DNA of 63,858 nucleotides, the filler included, from Octopus bimaculoides (lineage: Eukaryota), in NCBI RefSeq assembly GCF_001194135.2. It is 6 parts of 6 records of this genome, joined end to end, with 100 filler letters (N's around TTAATTAATTAA, not from the genome) between each part and the next. Parts side by side here need not be neighbours in the genome. Positions count along the whole stretch, not along the records: positions 1 to 23,314 come from NC_068986.1; positions 23,415 to 29,815 come from NC_068989.1; positions 29,916 to 56,229 come from NC_068981.1; 3 more parts are not named here. One strand, written 5' to 3'. The first letter of the stretch is position 1. Each line of letters opens with the position of its first letter. The notes under the pieces were generated by a model that saw only the letters and a list, made by a program, of their open reading frames with translations, had not been told where the DNA came from and did not search any database. Positions 21,748 to 33,308 of this stretch are shown here, in pieces. The position numbers were made by a program, and so were the translations under genes.

Positions 21748-22209
21748 TTTCTAGCAGATTAAGCATTCACATAGAGACTCAATAAAAATAGTGACGTCAA
21801 TGATGATGATGGCAGATACTTTTGCTATACATTTTAGAGAATATTTATTCATTCAATTTCTAAATTAAATATAGTAATTTTACTGCTAGTTGTACTTTCT
21901 ATTGTTAAACTCTACCTTTCCCTCTCCCGTGCTCTCTCAAACAGAATTTTCAGATATGGAGTCTGTGTTATTGTAAGGAATATGATTAATCAAAGAAACT
22001 TACACAAGTATATTACTGGTATTTATGCCACTGATCATAAATGATAAAAGTCAGAGTCTTTCTGATCTAGCTACATTTGGTTCAATATAAGTAAACTACT
22101 CTTAAAATTGAACTTTTCTAATGTGGTGCTGTAGTATTGGGCAGCCTTTTTGAAAGTAGCTTCATCAGCAGATAGGTTGGAAACACACCTACTAATGCTA
22201 TTGACTATT

Positions 22210-22600
22210 TCATTATTAACAGTGGTTGGTTAGAGCCTTGTCAATATAGGAGGTATCCTCATTTGATTTATGGTAGAATTTAAATTTATCTGTACTATGA
22301 TCCATATTAATGTCTAGGAAATTAACTTCTTTAAGGTCAGCGTTAATTGTAGTTCTTAGGATCAATTGCCTAAATATTTTGCATAATTTTTCCCTTATCT
22401 TATCCATATCATGACCATTTTTGTTATGTACCACTCCAAGCCCTATATCAACTTCTTTTAGCTCTCTTTTGAGGACATCTAGGATGTAAAGGCCAACCAG
22501 ATATGCTATCTCTTCACCATCATAGCTCCCTATAGCAAGAACAAATAACTCAACCTCAACTTTTTTCTCACCCAATAGGAATTATCATGAAAAAGTAATG
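22210..22600 (-). mobile_element. Penelope-like element reverse transcriptase fragment
   Basis: AIGSYDGEEIAYLVGLYIL ... DKIREKLCKIF ... VNFLDINMD ... FYHKSNEDTSYI...NH match PLE RT motifs (MGSYDGAE.CELVG, VNFLD, PY.KP); the YRDD motif is deleted. Confidence 0.85.
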
Positions 22601-22744
22601 ACTTCCTTGCATTCATATAAGTTAACTTCCATGAGTTATATATTTATTTATCTCAAAATCCTGTACAATCTTGTGAAACTTCATGTATTCTCATCCAAAT
22701 GGAGATGAGTACTAACATTCCCATAAAAAAAAGGTAACGGTCAC

Positions 22745-22985
22745 CTTCTCAAGTCATGCCAACTCATAAGGACCAGTTTCTTGGTTTCCATGGCATATAA
22801 ATTCACCACCTGGATTGGACGCCAGTTCATTGCAGGATTACTCATTTTTGCCAGCTGAGTGGACTGGAGCAACATGAAATTAAGTGTTTTGCTCAAGAAA
22901 AATGTGCCACCTTGTCCCAGAAGCAAAACCACAATCTCACGATCATGAGTCTAACCTCATAACTACTAAGCTATGCACCTCCACT
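22745..22985 (-). mobile_element. CORE-like SINE family E
   Basis: gccagctgagtggactggagcaacatgaaattaagtgttttgctcaagaa; related pieces at about 11020-11160, 20990-21185 and 53230-53447. Confidence 0.7.
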
Positions 22986-23124
22986 AACATTCCTATATGG
23001 TAAACTTGATAATTGTAAGAGAGTCCTTCTTACATGAAACCATTGGTAGCTTTATTAACCCACAAATAAAGAATATTTATCCATCAATGTGGTGTGGAGC
23101 ATTCATTTTCACTTTTCAATAATA

Positions 23125-23314
23125 GTATATATACATACATTGTACCAATGTGCCAGAAGGGAGGCTAGGCGACAGGTTTATTTAGCCAGAGGGGAAGCAG
23201 ATAAGGAAAGATTTGCCAATGTTCTGCGCCGTGAGGACCAAAGACTTGAGGTATTTCGTGTTGCAAGACAGTGTAGGAGAGAGAATAGTGATGTTGTAGG
23301 AGAGAAATGTGTTC
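23125..23314 (+). mobile_element. RTE-clade LINE ORF2 fragment (endonuclease-RT linker), open frame
   Basis: YQCARREARRQVYLARGEADKERFANVLRREDQRLEVFRVARQCRRENSDVVGEKCV; cut by a gap. Confidence 0.75.
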
Positions 23315-23358
23315 NNNNNNNNNNNNNNNNNNNNNNNNNNNNNNNNNNNNNNNNNNNN

Positions 23359-23370
23359 TTAATTAATTAA
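23359..23370. other. assembly gap linker TTAATTAATTAA
   Basis: 44 N + 12-mer with stops in all six frames + 44 N = 100. Confidence 0.95.
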
Positions 23371-23582
23371 NNNNNNNNNNNNNNNNNNNNNNNNNNNNNN
23401 NNNNNNNNNNNNNNTATATATATAAATGCGTGTATCTATCTATCTATCTATCTAGCTATCTACTTACCTACCTACCCACCCACCCATCGACCTATCTGTC
23501 TGTCTATCTATCTATCTATCTATCCACACACACACACAAAGATACATATATACATATAATCATACATTCGCATATACATACA

Positions 23583-23631
23583 TTGTTAGCACTCCGTCGC
23601 TTACGACGTCGAGGGTTCCAGTTGATCCGAT
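23583..23631 (-). mobile_element. SINE family D, 3' end
   Basis: cactccgtcgcttacgacgtcgagggttccagttgatccgat, then a 10-N gap. Confidence 0.85.
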
Positions 23632-23932
23632 NNNNNNNNNNCTTGTCAGCAGTAACACATCGATCTTTTTCCCCACCACATCTTGCCTAAGGTGATTACG
23701 TATTCGCTGAGTATTTGAAAAAAAAAGAAATCTTTACTGGGTTTCCGTCTGATAGCTATATAGACTTATCTAAAGAAGATATTCAGTTACAGAGAATGAT
23801 TTCGTATCAATAAATTCTACCCTTACTCTATATCTGCATCTACATTAACTTTTTTTTTTTAATTTCTATAAATATATTTTCTTTTTACATAAGATATTCT
23901 TTATCATATCTGCAATAAATTCTTACGCATAC

Positions 23933-24030
23933 CTGCGCGCGAACACACACACATGCACGGAAACGCATTTAAAGACGCGTAGATTTTTCAACCTTTATAT
24001 GTTTGAATAGAAAAAGAAAAATCACGTGAA
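23933..24030 (-). promoter_or_regulatory. candidate non-coding first exon / promoter of the Rab gene
   Basis: Donor-like CAG|GTATGC at 23933/23932, CpG-rich surroundings, TCACGTGA at 24022-24029; inference only. Confidence 0.3.
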
Positions 24031-24606
24031 GCCGTATGTTGAAAAGAGTTTACACTGTGACAGAGTCTGTTTATACTTAATTAAATATATGTGGTATTTG
24101 TTATACACTTATTGTTCCTTTTAGTCTTTCGGCAGTACACCGCAGCCGAGTCATCGATACATTTCGCAACTGATACGGCAATAAAGGAGAAAGGATACTG
24201 GGACAGCATGAATCGAATCGATAAACAATGTTCTGTGGTGCTTAAGAAACGCTGTTAAATTGAAATATATATATATATATATATATANNNNNNNNNNNNN
24301 NNNNNNNNNNNNNNNNNNNNNNNNNNNNNNNNNNNNNNNNNNNNNNNNNNNNNNNNNNNNNNNNNNNNNNNNNNNNNNNNNNNNNNNNNNNNNNNNNNNN
24401 NNNNNNNNNNNNNNNNNNNNNNNNNNNNNNNNNNNNNNNNNNNNNNNNNNNNNNNNNNNNNNNNNNNNNNNNNNNNNNNNNNNNNNNNNNNNNNNNNNNN
24501 NNNNNNNNNNNNNNNNNNNNNNNNNNNNNNNNNNNNNNNNNNNNNNNNNNNNNNNNNNNNNNNNNNNNNNNNNNNNNNNNNNNNNNNNNNNNNNNNNNNN
24601 NNNNNN

Positions 24607-24910
24607 GCAAGTGACTGAGCACTCCACAGACACGTGTACCCTTAACGTAGTTCTCGGGGATATTCAGCGTGACACAGTGTGACAAGGCTGACCTTTTGAA
24701 TTACAGGCACAACAGAAACAGGAAGTAAGAGTGAGAGAAAGTTGTGGTGAAAGAGTACAGCAGGGTTCGCCACCATCCCCTGCCGGAGCCTCGTGGAGCT
24801 TTAGGTGTTTTCACTCAATAAACACTCACAATGCCCGGTCTGGGAATCGAAACTGCGATCCTATGACCGCGTGTTCGCTGCCCTAACCACTGGGCCATTG
24901 CGCCTCCACA
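24607..24910 (-). mobile_element. SINE family D, 5' three quarters
   Basis: Reverse complement of the 26344 copy. Confidence 0.9.
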
Positions 24911-25094
24911 TACATACATACATACATACATACATTCACTCATGCGTATGCACAGTCTCACTCAGACGACACAATACTTTTATCAATAGATCGGACAGAA
25001 CTTCCAACGACAATCTGTATGAAAAAAATTTGATACGGAAAGCAAGGCAAAAGGACTGACTATGGATATGAATATGAAGATAAAACAATTTCAT

Positions 25095-25448
25095 AAACGA
25101 GCACTAAGAGAGCGCAAACCTCCGCCAAGGCAACACCAACGTCTTCTCAACGATTAACCAGAGATGGTTTTTAAAATGAGAATATCTGAAATAAACTCAA
25201 ATGCTCTTACAAACGAGAATACTAAACATGAACCCGACCGCTCTCAAAAATAAAGTAAAAAAATAATCCAGAATCCTTGTCCGGTACCCGATCGATCCCA
25301 AAATCCAATCAGTTCGTGCCAGTCGCGAGGCCAAATATCCCTGACAGTTTCATCCGAATCCATCCAGCGGTTCTTGAGATATCTTGTCCATGGACAAACA
25401 AACACGACTGAAAACAATGCCTTCGCCTTCACTAAGGCGGTAGTAATA
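25095..25448 (+). mobile_element. Helentron/DINE-1-like non-autonomous element
   Basis: Subterminal IR acctccgccaagg (25118-25130) / ctaaggcggtag near the end; shares its start with 61421. Confidence 0.5.
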
Positions 25449-26343
25449 AACCCGATGCTATGTTGAGCAAAGCGACAGATAAAATACTTAATACTGAGGG
25501 AACCTCCATTAGTATTCAACGTAAACTGGACTAGCTTACTTGTAAAATTAACGTCCAAGTAGCCGAGTATCCCATAGATACGTGTACATTTAACGTAATC
25601 CTCAGATAAAATCAGCGTGTCTCAACATCAGATTACACTGCACCATTAAATTTCAGGTACAATCCATTCGACAGGATTCTGCAAAGTTTCCTTCTCAGTT
25701 TTACTCATAAAATGTGGAGCGAGTTAAAGCTACGGTAAAAAGCACTCGTCGAAGATGCCACGCAGTAAGATCGGACCAGGAACTTTTCTTATTATGAAGA
25801 GACCTTCTCAACTGCGCGACCATGCTTGTGTCCATAACATTAAATATTAAAGTGTCACCCTTTATGTGACATGTAAATTTGGAAGTATATATTTGCCAAT
25901 ATAGCTAGTATCTGGAAATGTCATATATACACATTGATTATTATTTAAATGTTATCAACTTTCTAATGCTTATATAGTGCGATGAAACGAATTTTCATTT
26001 CCTAAGAATATTTCTCTTAAAATATATTCATTAAAACAAATTTCTCTGTCGTATAATTCCTTCTGTAACTACTCTGTCATTTACTCCGTCACTTCCTCCT
26101 CCCTTGTCTCAATGATTCTTTCTCTTAATGTGTGTATCTTTCCTTTACTCATTATCTGACGCAAAGCCTCGTATTTGCACTCATCGTGCACCGATTACAT
26201 TAACTCTCTCTATATCTTTCATTTACTCTCTCTGTATCTCTCTTTTACTCTCTATTTCCTTCTCTGTGTGCAGTGTAAAGTATAACTGGGGAAAGCAGCC
26301 AACCTGTCAGGCAACCAATAATTTCATCGGCTATTATTGTATA

Positions 26344-26723
26344 GTGGAGGCGCAATGGCCCAGTGGTTAGGGCAGCGGACTCGCGGTCATAGGATCGCGG
26401 TTTCGATTCCCAGACCGGGCGTTGTGAGGGTTTATTGCGCGAAAACAACTAAAGCTCCACGAGGCTCCGGCAGGGGATGGTGGCGAACCCTGCTGTACTC
26501 TTTCACCACAACTTTCTCTCACTCTTACTTCCTGTTTCTGTTGTGCCTGTAATTCAAAGGGTCAGCCTTGTCACACTGTGTCACGCTGAATATCCCGAGA
26601 AGTACGTTAAGGGTACACGTGTCTGTGGAGTGCTCAGCCACTTGCACGTTAATTTCACGAGCAGGCTGTTCCGTTGATCGGATCAACTGGAACCCTCGAC
26701 GTCGTAAGCGACGGAGTGTCAAC
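26344..26723 (+). mobile_element. tRNA-derived SINE family D, full length, young
   Basis: A box TGGCCCAGTGG (26356-26366), B box GGTTTCGATTCC (26399-26410). Confidence 0.92.
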
Positions 26724-26889
26724 CTACATTATTGTATAAATCAAAAATTAAAGTTGAAAACATAACCCAACCAAATAATAAACAGTTACACCTAACTACA
26801 ACCAACTTATAGCAACACAACCAGATAAAGAAACAGAATTAAATCTGTGAACTACCTTCGTTTGTTAAGTTTTCACAAAGCAACATCCA

Positions 26890-27260
26890 GTTTCAAAAGC
26901 GTTATGCTTCAATGCTTTAACACCATCAAAGACAGGTTTACGATCAACGCATCAGTCCTCAAAAAATCTTACTGTGCAGAACAATCTAAGAACGCCTCAG
27001 CATGCTCACGATTATATGTTTGGTATGAACTGGAAGGAGCATTGAAAAAAAAAAAGAACCCGATTTGATCCGAAAGCAAACAAAAAAAAAAAAGGATATC
27101 TTCGAAAGAGATAAAATTGTCGAAACAGAAATGGGATGAACACGTCCAGGGGAGGCGTGATAAGATGCCAAAGAAAAACCTGACAGATTGGATTCCAATT
27201 GACCGCAAAAGAATTAAAATAGAGCAGCGAACGAGACGTGAGGAAAGTATATGATAGATT
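26890..27260 (+). mobile_element. degraded RTE-clade LINE C-terminal remnant
   Basis: IRKQT..KDIFE.IKLSKQKWDEHV..R.D...KKNLTDWIPIDRKR resembles RTE KW.WAGHV...W.P...KR. Confidence 0.6.
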
Positions 27261-27519
27261 TGAAAAGCATCCAGATTGGAAGTCAAACCTGTTTTCTATA
27301 CATTCCTAATAACAGGCACATGAAATTATATTCACGGGCTCCAAGAACGACAATAATCACAACAGAAACAACAGCAGCGTCAACAACAGTAAGGACAACA
27401 TGTGTTTTAAGGCTGTTTTCTCCTGTTAGAGCCGGGAGAATTAACCTTCTATGTCCCGTTACCCTCTTCTTCATTTAACTTTCTTTACATTACTCCGTTT
27501 TCACTTAATCAGGCACAGA

Positions 27520-27699
27520 TATGGCTGACTGGTCAAAAGTCTGGCTTTGCAGCCACGTGGTTTGGGTTCAGTCTCACTACGCGGCATCTTGAGCAAGTGT
27601 CTTCTACTAGATCCCCGGACCTACCAATGCTCTGTAAGTGAATTTAGTAGACGGAAACGGTGTGGACGCTCGTCACATATATATGCGCACCGGCATGAT

Positions 27700-27730
<31 letters not shown>

Positions 27731-27912
27731 TAGTGTTTATGTTCGTCCCACCACTGACTGACCACCGGTAATTTACACACCCGTAAATTTGTGGTTTGAG
27801 AAAGAGACCGAGAGATTAAGTACTGGACTGGGGTCAATCGGTTCGACTTAATCATTTAAGACGATGCCCCAGCATGACCATAGTCCTTTAACTGAAAGAA
27901 GTAAAAGATAAA
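27520..27912 (+). mobile_element. SINE family C, degraded
   Basis: gggttcagtctcactacgcggcatcttgagcaagtgtcttctac; internal (TG)n. Confidence 0.8.
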
Positions 27913-27929
27913 TGATGAAGTTGTCTTGC

Positions 27930-28220
27930 TTTCGTTTTCTTCTTCAACTTCTTTATCCGTATCTTTCTCAATCTTCCCCATTCCACATTCATTTCCATCA
28001 CAACTAACACCCAGTCCCCTTCATATTTTCTCAACACGTTACTTAGCTCTCTTATCCCATTTCTCTTCCCAACATCCCATTATAGGTCAATGCTCACCAT
28101 TCTCTGAAATTCATTGTTTGTCTTCCTATCACTCAGCGGTACCCTGCTCAATAGCCAAACCATTTCCATTTCCATACTTTCGAGTTCCTTCACCTGTTTC
28201 GTTACCATGTTTCAATCCTA
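27930..28220 (-). mobile_element. degraded RTE-clade LINE C-terminal remnant
   Basis: MVTKQVKELESMEMEMVWLLSRVPLSDRKTNNEF...NVLRKYEGDWV..MEMNV. Confidence 0.55.
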
Positions 28221-28465
28221 TAAATCATAGCCCTTTTTGCACAAATAACCTTCACCGTTTCCTTAAGAGAATAGACAAATACATACATACAAATACATAC
28301 ATACAAATACATACATACATTTAGTCCAATGCGTGAGTGTCTTGACTGTTTGATCAATGAATATCCCATAATGCACAGCCGGGTACTTATCGATGACTTT
28401 TGAAGGGATGGCAATATTCAGAAAAGAAGCAGCAATCATTACATATAACACCTTCCCCAGACATA

Positions 28466-28520
<55 letters not shown>

Positions 28521-28544
28521 AATACACACACATATAATATAACG

Positions 28545-28882
28545 AATCGACCCCAGTATTTAGTTTTTGTAAGCCTGCTACTTATTCTATCGATCCCTTG
28601 TTTCGAACCGCTAACTTACGAGGACGTAAATCGTTTATCAAGCGTTGGGAAACAAACGCTGACGCGATTACATAAACACACACACGTACACGTACACACA
28701 CACACACACACACACATTCAACGGTTTTCATTCACTTTCCCTCTTCCAAAGCCACTCACAAAGCTTAGGCCTGTCGAGGCTATAGTAGAAGTCATTTGGC
28801 CAAGGTGCCACGCAGTGAGACTGAACCCGGAACTATGTGACTGGAAAGCAAACATCTTACCCACACAGCCACGCCTGCGCCT
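28545..28882 (-). mobile_element. SINE family C
   Basis: ggccaaggtgccacgcagtgagactgaacccggaac...cacacagccacgcctgcgcc. Confidence 0.8.
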
Positions 28883-29666
28883 TACATAAATTTATTTTAA
28901 ACCACTTTTAAGGTTAACTAATAAGTATTTACTGATGGCGTGACTTTATAAGTGAGAGTTGAATCTAATTTATTGCAAACATCAATTTGACTGCACTTCA
29001 CAAATTTTCCTTCCATATATGTTTTGAAAATAAGTTGAATTCGCATCCAGGAATCCAAAGCTCGGTTTGAATGCATCTGTATACTTCTGTTCATTGGCTT
29101 CAGAGTTTGCGCTCAAAATCATCAGTGTTGCCTGTCAAACAGACGCCATTTTATTCAGTTTCCATTGTCATTGACCTACTTCAGTTTTAGTACTGATATA
29201 AATACATGACACCTTTTACTCCCTTTCTAACCAGTGATGTCAAACAGTTAACTTCTTGTCCACTCTCTCTCTTATTCTCTTTGTCACCAATAGTAAACCT
29301 CTTAAGTCACTATCATCCCCGTCCAAAACGATTAGTGTTAATCTCATTGCAACTACAAGATATTCACTAGCAAAGCTAATACACACGCACGCACGCACGC
29401 ACACACATACATACACACACATTCATACATGCATACATATATGACTCCCGATTCTTAGCAGTTGTGCTAAACCTATTAACGGTTAAGTAAAAGCTATGAT
29501 AAATATAAATCATTGTCTGTCAATTTATATCAAAGCAACCTGAAATTACCAACTATGTAACGCTGTTTTTCTTCAAACGCAGCCTTTTACCAACCAACCA
29601 ACCAGCCAACTTTTGCTTAACTTGCCACACGCAGCCTTACCGAAACTTATTAACCAATCAATCTAC

Positions 29667-29731
<65 letters not shown>

Positions 29732-29859
29732 AGTAGAATAAGAAATAGAAAGCCTAGTATTATATATTTGAAACTCTTATCAGAGTCACCTCTTGTAAAC
29801 TTATGAACATCTCCANNNNNNNNNNNNNNNNNNNNNNNNNNNNNNNNNNNNNNNNNNNN

Positions 29860-29871
29860 TTAATTAATTAA
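29860..29871. other. assembly gap linker TTAATTAATTAA
   Basis: 44 N on each side. Confidence 0.95.
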
Positions 29872-30509
29872 NNNNNNNNNNNNNNNNNNNNNNNNNNNNN
29901 NNNNNNNNNNNNNNNTATATGTATATATATATATATGTAAATATATATATATATATTGTGTCTGGGGCGAGTCATTCTGTTTTAATGTCTCACCGGTTCG
30001 ATTTTCTCTCATTTACTTATTTATTTTTTATAAAATTTTCGTTGCTTCTTGCAACTTCTTCAATATTCGTTGACTCTGTTTCCGGAGATGTGTTCTGTTC
30101 TGTTTGTTTGTTTTGTGCGCATTGTGCGTCAGTGTGCATGTTTACATATATGTATGTATGTACGTATGTATGTATGTACGTATGTATGTATGTACGTATG
30201 TACGTATGCGTGTGTGTATGCGGACATATGTGATTCCGTGTGTGTACGTATGTATGTGTGTCTTCTGCATATTCACGTGTTTGTGTGTTTGAATGTGTGT
30301 GTATTTGTGTGCGTGTGTGTGTGCGCGTACCTCTGTCTCTTTGTGTGTGCATGTTTGAGTGTGTCTATGTCTATGGATTTGTGTGATTATGTACGTACGT
30401 CTGTTATGTATGGATGTATATCTCCATGTGTGTCCTTGTGTATGTGTGTATGAAGTGTGCGTGTGTATATAGTCATGTGACTCAGTAGCTTTGTGTAAGT
30501 ATTCTTGTA

Positions 30510-30552
<43 letters not shown>

Positions 30553-31523
30553 GTCTGGCCGTATTACCTGTGTACCTATACTTCTACTTACCTATCTGTT
30601 TACTTACATATCCACTTAGCTACTAATTTGTTTCCTTTATTGTAAAAAAATATTCCTTGAATATTTATTGTGCGACTCTTAAGTCTCCTTACTCTTACTC
30701 TGTCTCTTTCTCCCTCTATTCTAACTCTACCACTTTCTTCACTTTTACTCTCTGTTTCCGGCATTGCGTGCCTCTCTTGGACTTTCCTACCTCTGTCTCC
30801 CTTTCTTTTTGTGTTCTCTCTTTCTGTCCCCCTCGTTCCCTCTTACTCTATCTTTTCTCTACTCTTACCCTCTCTTTCTACCTTTGCGTACCTCCCTTGT
30901 ACTTTTCTCTTCTCTTTCTATCACTCTGTTTCTCCAATCCCTGTGTCCCTTCTTCCTCTTTCTCTCTCTGTATCCCATTCTTTCTCTACCACGTGACAGG
31001 TGTCCAGTGAAGGCGGTGTACTTCTTTTTCGCCCTGCCTTTTACTAGATTGGTCAAACTGGTCTGGGCTCCTGCTACGTCCATTATGACTCCATTTCACC
31101 CTGCGCTATCACACTAAGTTCGTTTGATAGCTGCAAAGCTCTTTCTGTTGTATTTCTGGTATTTGTATAATTATTATTATTCTCTTCTTTTGTATATTGC
31201 CATAAAGCTTCCTGTTGTTATATATGCATAATTCTTCGTCTGTTGTATTTATATAATATTTTGTTTGCCTCTGTCTCAGTATACATTTGCTAACTTTTTC
31301 CAAGTAGCTTAATAACAGCACTGGCGCCTCCGGGATTGAGTGGTCTCAATGTAAATGGCCCGAAACCACGATGATATTTTGGTTCATTGATTGACGAGGA
31401 AAACTGCGAATATTCCGTGTATCGTGTCTTTGTCTATGTTCCCCGTTCGTTAAGTTTTCGTCTAGTTTCCCGTTTGCTCTGCTTCCGTCTAACTTTTTCT
31501 CTTTGTTGTGTTCATGTTCAACC

Positions 31524-31558
<35 letters not shown>

Positions 31559-31919
31559 NNNNNNNNNNNNNNNNNNNNNNNNNNNNNNNNNNNNNNNNNN
31601 NNNNNNNNNNNNNNNNNNNNNNNNNNNNNNNNNNNNNNNNNNNNNNNNNNNNNNNNNNNNNNNNNNNNNNNNNNNNNNNNNNNNNNNNNNNNNNNNNNNN
31701 NNNNNNNNNNNNNNNNNNNNNNNNNNNNNNNNNNNNNNNNNNNNNNNNNNNNNNNNNNNNNNNNNNNNNNNNNNNNNNNNNNNNNNNNNNNNNNNNNNNN
31801 NNNNNNNNNNNNNNNNNNNNNNNNNNNNNNNNNNNNNNNNNNNNNNNNNNNNNNNNNNNNNNNNNNNNNNNNNNNNNNNNNNNNNNNNNATATATATATA
31901 TATATACATGCATATATAG

Positions 31920-32260
31920 GTACATGACATCAAAAAGACGTGGACAGAATGAGAAACGGGAACATGAAAAAAGATAAATTAGAAAACGAACTTTTTTCCG
32001 AACAACATACAGAGAAACGAGACATGAAACATAAAGAACTTTCCCTTCATCAGTTGTCTCCTGTTTTATCCACTACGCGTTTCGATGGTACGGACAAGAC
32101 GCGACTTCGTTAAAACAGTCCTTCCTGCAAAGCAAATTAAATAAAATTTTGGATTTTTTGCGGAGGGTGAAAGTGGTACCAAAAACAGGACAGTGACAAC
32201 AAAACAGTAAAAGCAAACGGAGAGAGCTGTTAAGCCAAGACGATGTGAAGTGGTCAACGC
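31920..32260 (-). mobile_element. dispersed repeat with Penelope-tail-like CGAAAC/CTGATGAAG motifs
   Basis: Shares cttcatcagttgtc and aaaaacaggacagtg with 39270-39530. Confidence 0.55.
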
Positions 32261-32827
32261 CTGGAAAAACGAGCTTCAAGGAGAGACAGATAAAAGCACG
32301 TCTCGTCTTTAGGAAGGAAATGGAAGAAAGAGAGAATGGCGTTAGTCAGTCACATGTGAGCTTCGAGAGAGTCAAGGAGGAAGAGTGAGAGAGAAAGAGG
32401 GAACGGTGAAGGGGAGAGGAGAAGAATAGGGAAAGGGTGGGAGAGAAAAATAGAAAGGAAGAAGAACAACAGAGGGAGATAGATAGAAAGATAATAGATA
32501 GAATAAGAGTGCGCATCGTAATTATTAAGATAAAACTTACTTGGAAAAGGATGCGTGGCGTTCGATCATATAATAATATAAATATTCTCCATAATATTTG
32601 AAACATTCAACGCCTAAAATCTGAATGTGTTTTAGAAGCCGCATTGGTTTCACGCAAATTGTTATATTGTAACATTTTCCATTTTATTCCATTAGACAGT
32701 ATAAGCCTATTATATGTAAAGTTGAGAACCAAGATAATGTAGAAGAACATAATGGATTACGTAAAAGAACAATGGTTTCTACTGATCTGTAGTGTCCATT
32801 TAAAAGTGGACTGTGAGAAGACTTTAG

Positions 32828-32865
<38 letters not shown>

Positions 32866-33308
32866 GAGCGGCTTAAGTTGTATTGATCAGTCGCAGTTTC
32901 AGTGAAAATCCTCGCTAACATATAAATAAGTGGCGATATGATATTTGCGAAACAAGCTGCTTTCTTTTTTGTTTTCAAATTTCCAAATCATTGTTTGTGT
33001 ATACTTATCTGCAAACACACAAATAAAGACACATACACACACAGACGCACATTCGCACACACGCACAAGTAAACACACACACACATTTTCGCACTCATAC
33101 AACCCATATANNNNNNNNNNNNNNNNNNNNNNNNNNNNNNNNNNNNNNNNNNNNNNNNNNNNNNNNNNNNNNNNNNNNNNNNNNNNNNNNNNNNNNNNNN
33201 NNNNNNNNNNNNNNNNNNNNNNNNNNNNNNNNNNNNNNNNNNNNNNNNNNNNNNNNNNNNNNNNNNNNNNNNNNNNNNNNTATATATATATATATATATA
33301 TATGATTA

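Noticed and set aside
26346-26415. Functional tRNA gene
   Set aside because: A and B boxes are present, but the sequence continues into a 380-bp multicopy body and lacks a proper acceptor stem; it is a SINE head.
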